A stretch of DNA of 64,000 bases from Mobula birostris (taxonomy: Eukaryota): positions 85,274,198 through 85,338,197 of the forward strand of contig NC_092382.1 of the NCBI RefSeq assembly GCF_030028105.1, written 5' to 3'. The translations under genes were made by a program, and so were the position numbers. Below the pieces are notes generated by a model. That model saw only the letters and a program-made list of their open reading frames with translations, made no database searches and was not told the DNA's origin. Positions 63,671 through 64,000 of this stretch are shown here, one piece after another. Every line of letters begins with the position of its first letter. Positions within the stretch are counted from its first letter, which is position 1.

Positions 63671-64000
63671 CAGTTTGTCCAGATACTTCCCTTCATTCCC
63701 CATGACCAGCGTAGTCTGAACACCGAGGACAATTCCTCATTTCATAATTCTGGACAAGTCCTTTCCAAACAAAATTATCGATATCATCCAGCGGCCGGCA
63801 CTCACATTTATGCCCTATTGTTCTTAAATTCTCCTGCAGTATTATCAGACGCATTGAGAGTAATCTGGAAAAGGAGGGCGCCGTAGCTTTAAATAATTAT
63901 TCGATTGGACTTAAATAGTAAGATACGGTACACTAGATGGAGCATAAAACAGAGAATATTACAGCAACAGTACAGCTCATCGTCTCACCAAGTTCTGATA

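Overview
Repeat-dense vertebrate genomic DNA, not prokaryotic. The repeat families and gene types point to a cartilaginous fish, probably a ray (inference). Host genes: (i) one tandem C2H2 zinc-finger gene (15947-17497, 17 finger units, no KRAB domain visible); (ii) a cluster of four two-exon class-A GPCRs resembling GPR139/GPR142. One GPCR is intact (38238-40615, minus, 326 aa). One has an intact exon 2 but a 1-nt frameshift in exon 1 (57973-59675, plus). Two are clear pseudogenes (24369-26599 and ~34100-34963). Two receptor units lie in an old ~6-kb segmental duplication. The rest is mostly retroelement debris: many CR1 LINEs, two Gypsy remnants, three related solo LTRs with 5-bp TSDs, R4/Dong, Rex1/Babar and Nimb-like LINE ends, two tRNA-derived SINEs, Penelope fragments and a retrovirus-like integrase. 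There are also four short TSD-flanked insertions built around a minimal hammerhead ribozyme motif. Best candidates for new biology: the GPR139-like receptor array evolving by birth and death (possibly a chemosensory family) and the hammerhead-bearing short retroelements. All family assignments come from motif recognition by eye; no database search was run, and boundaries of degraded repeats are approximate.
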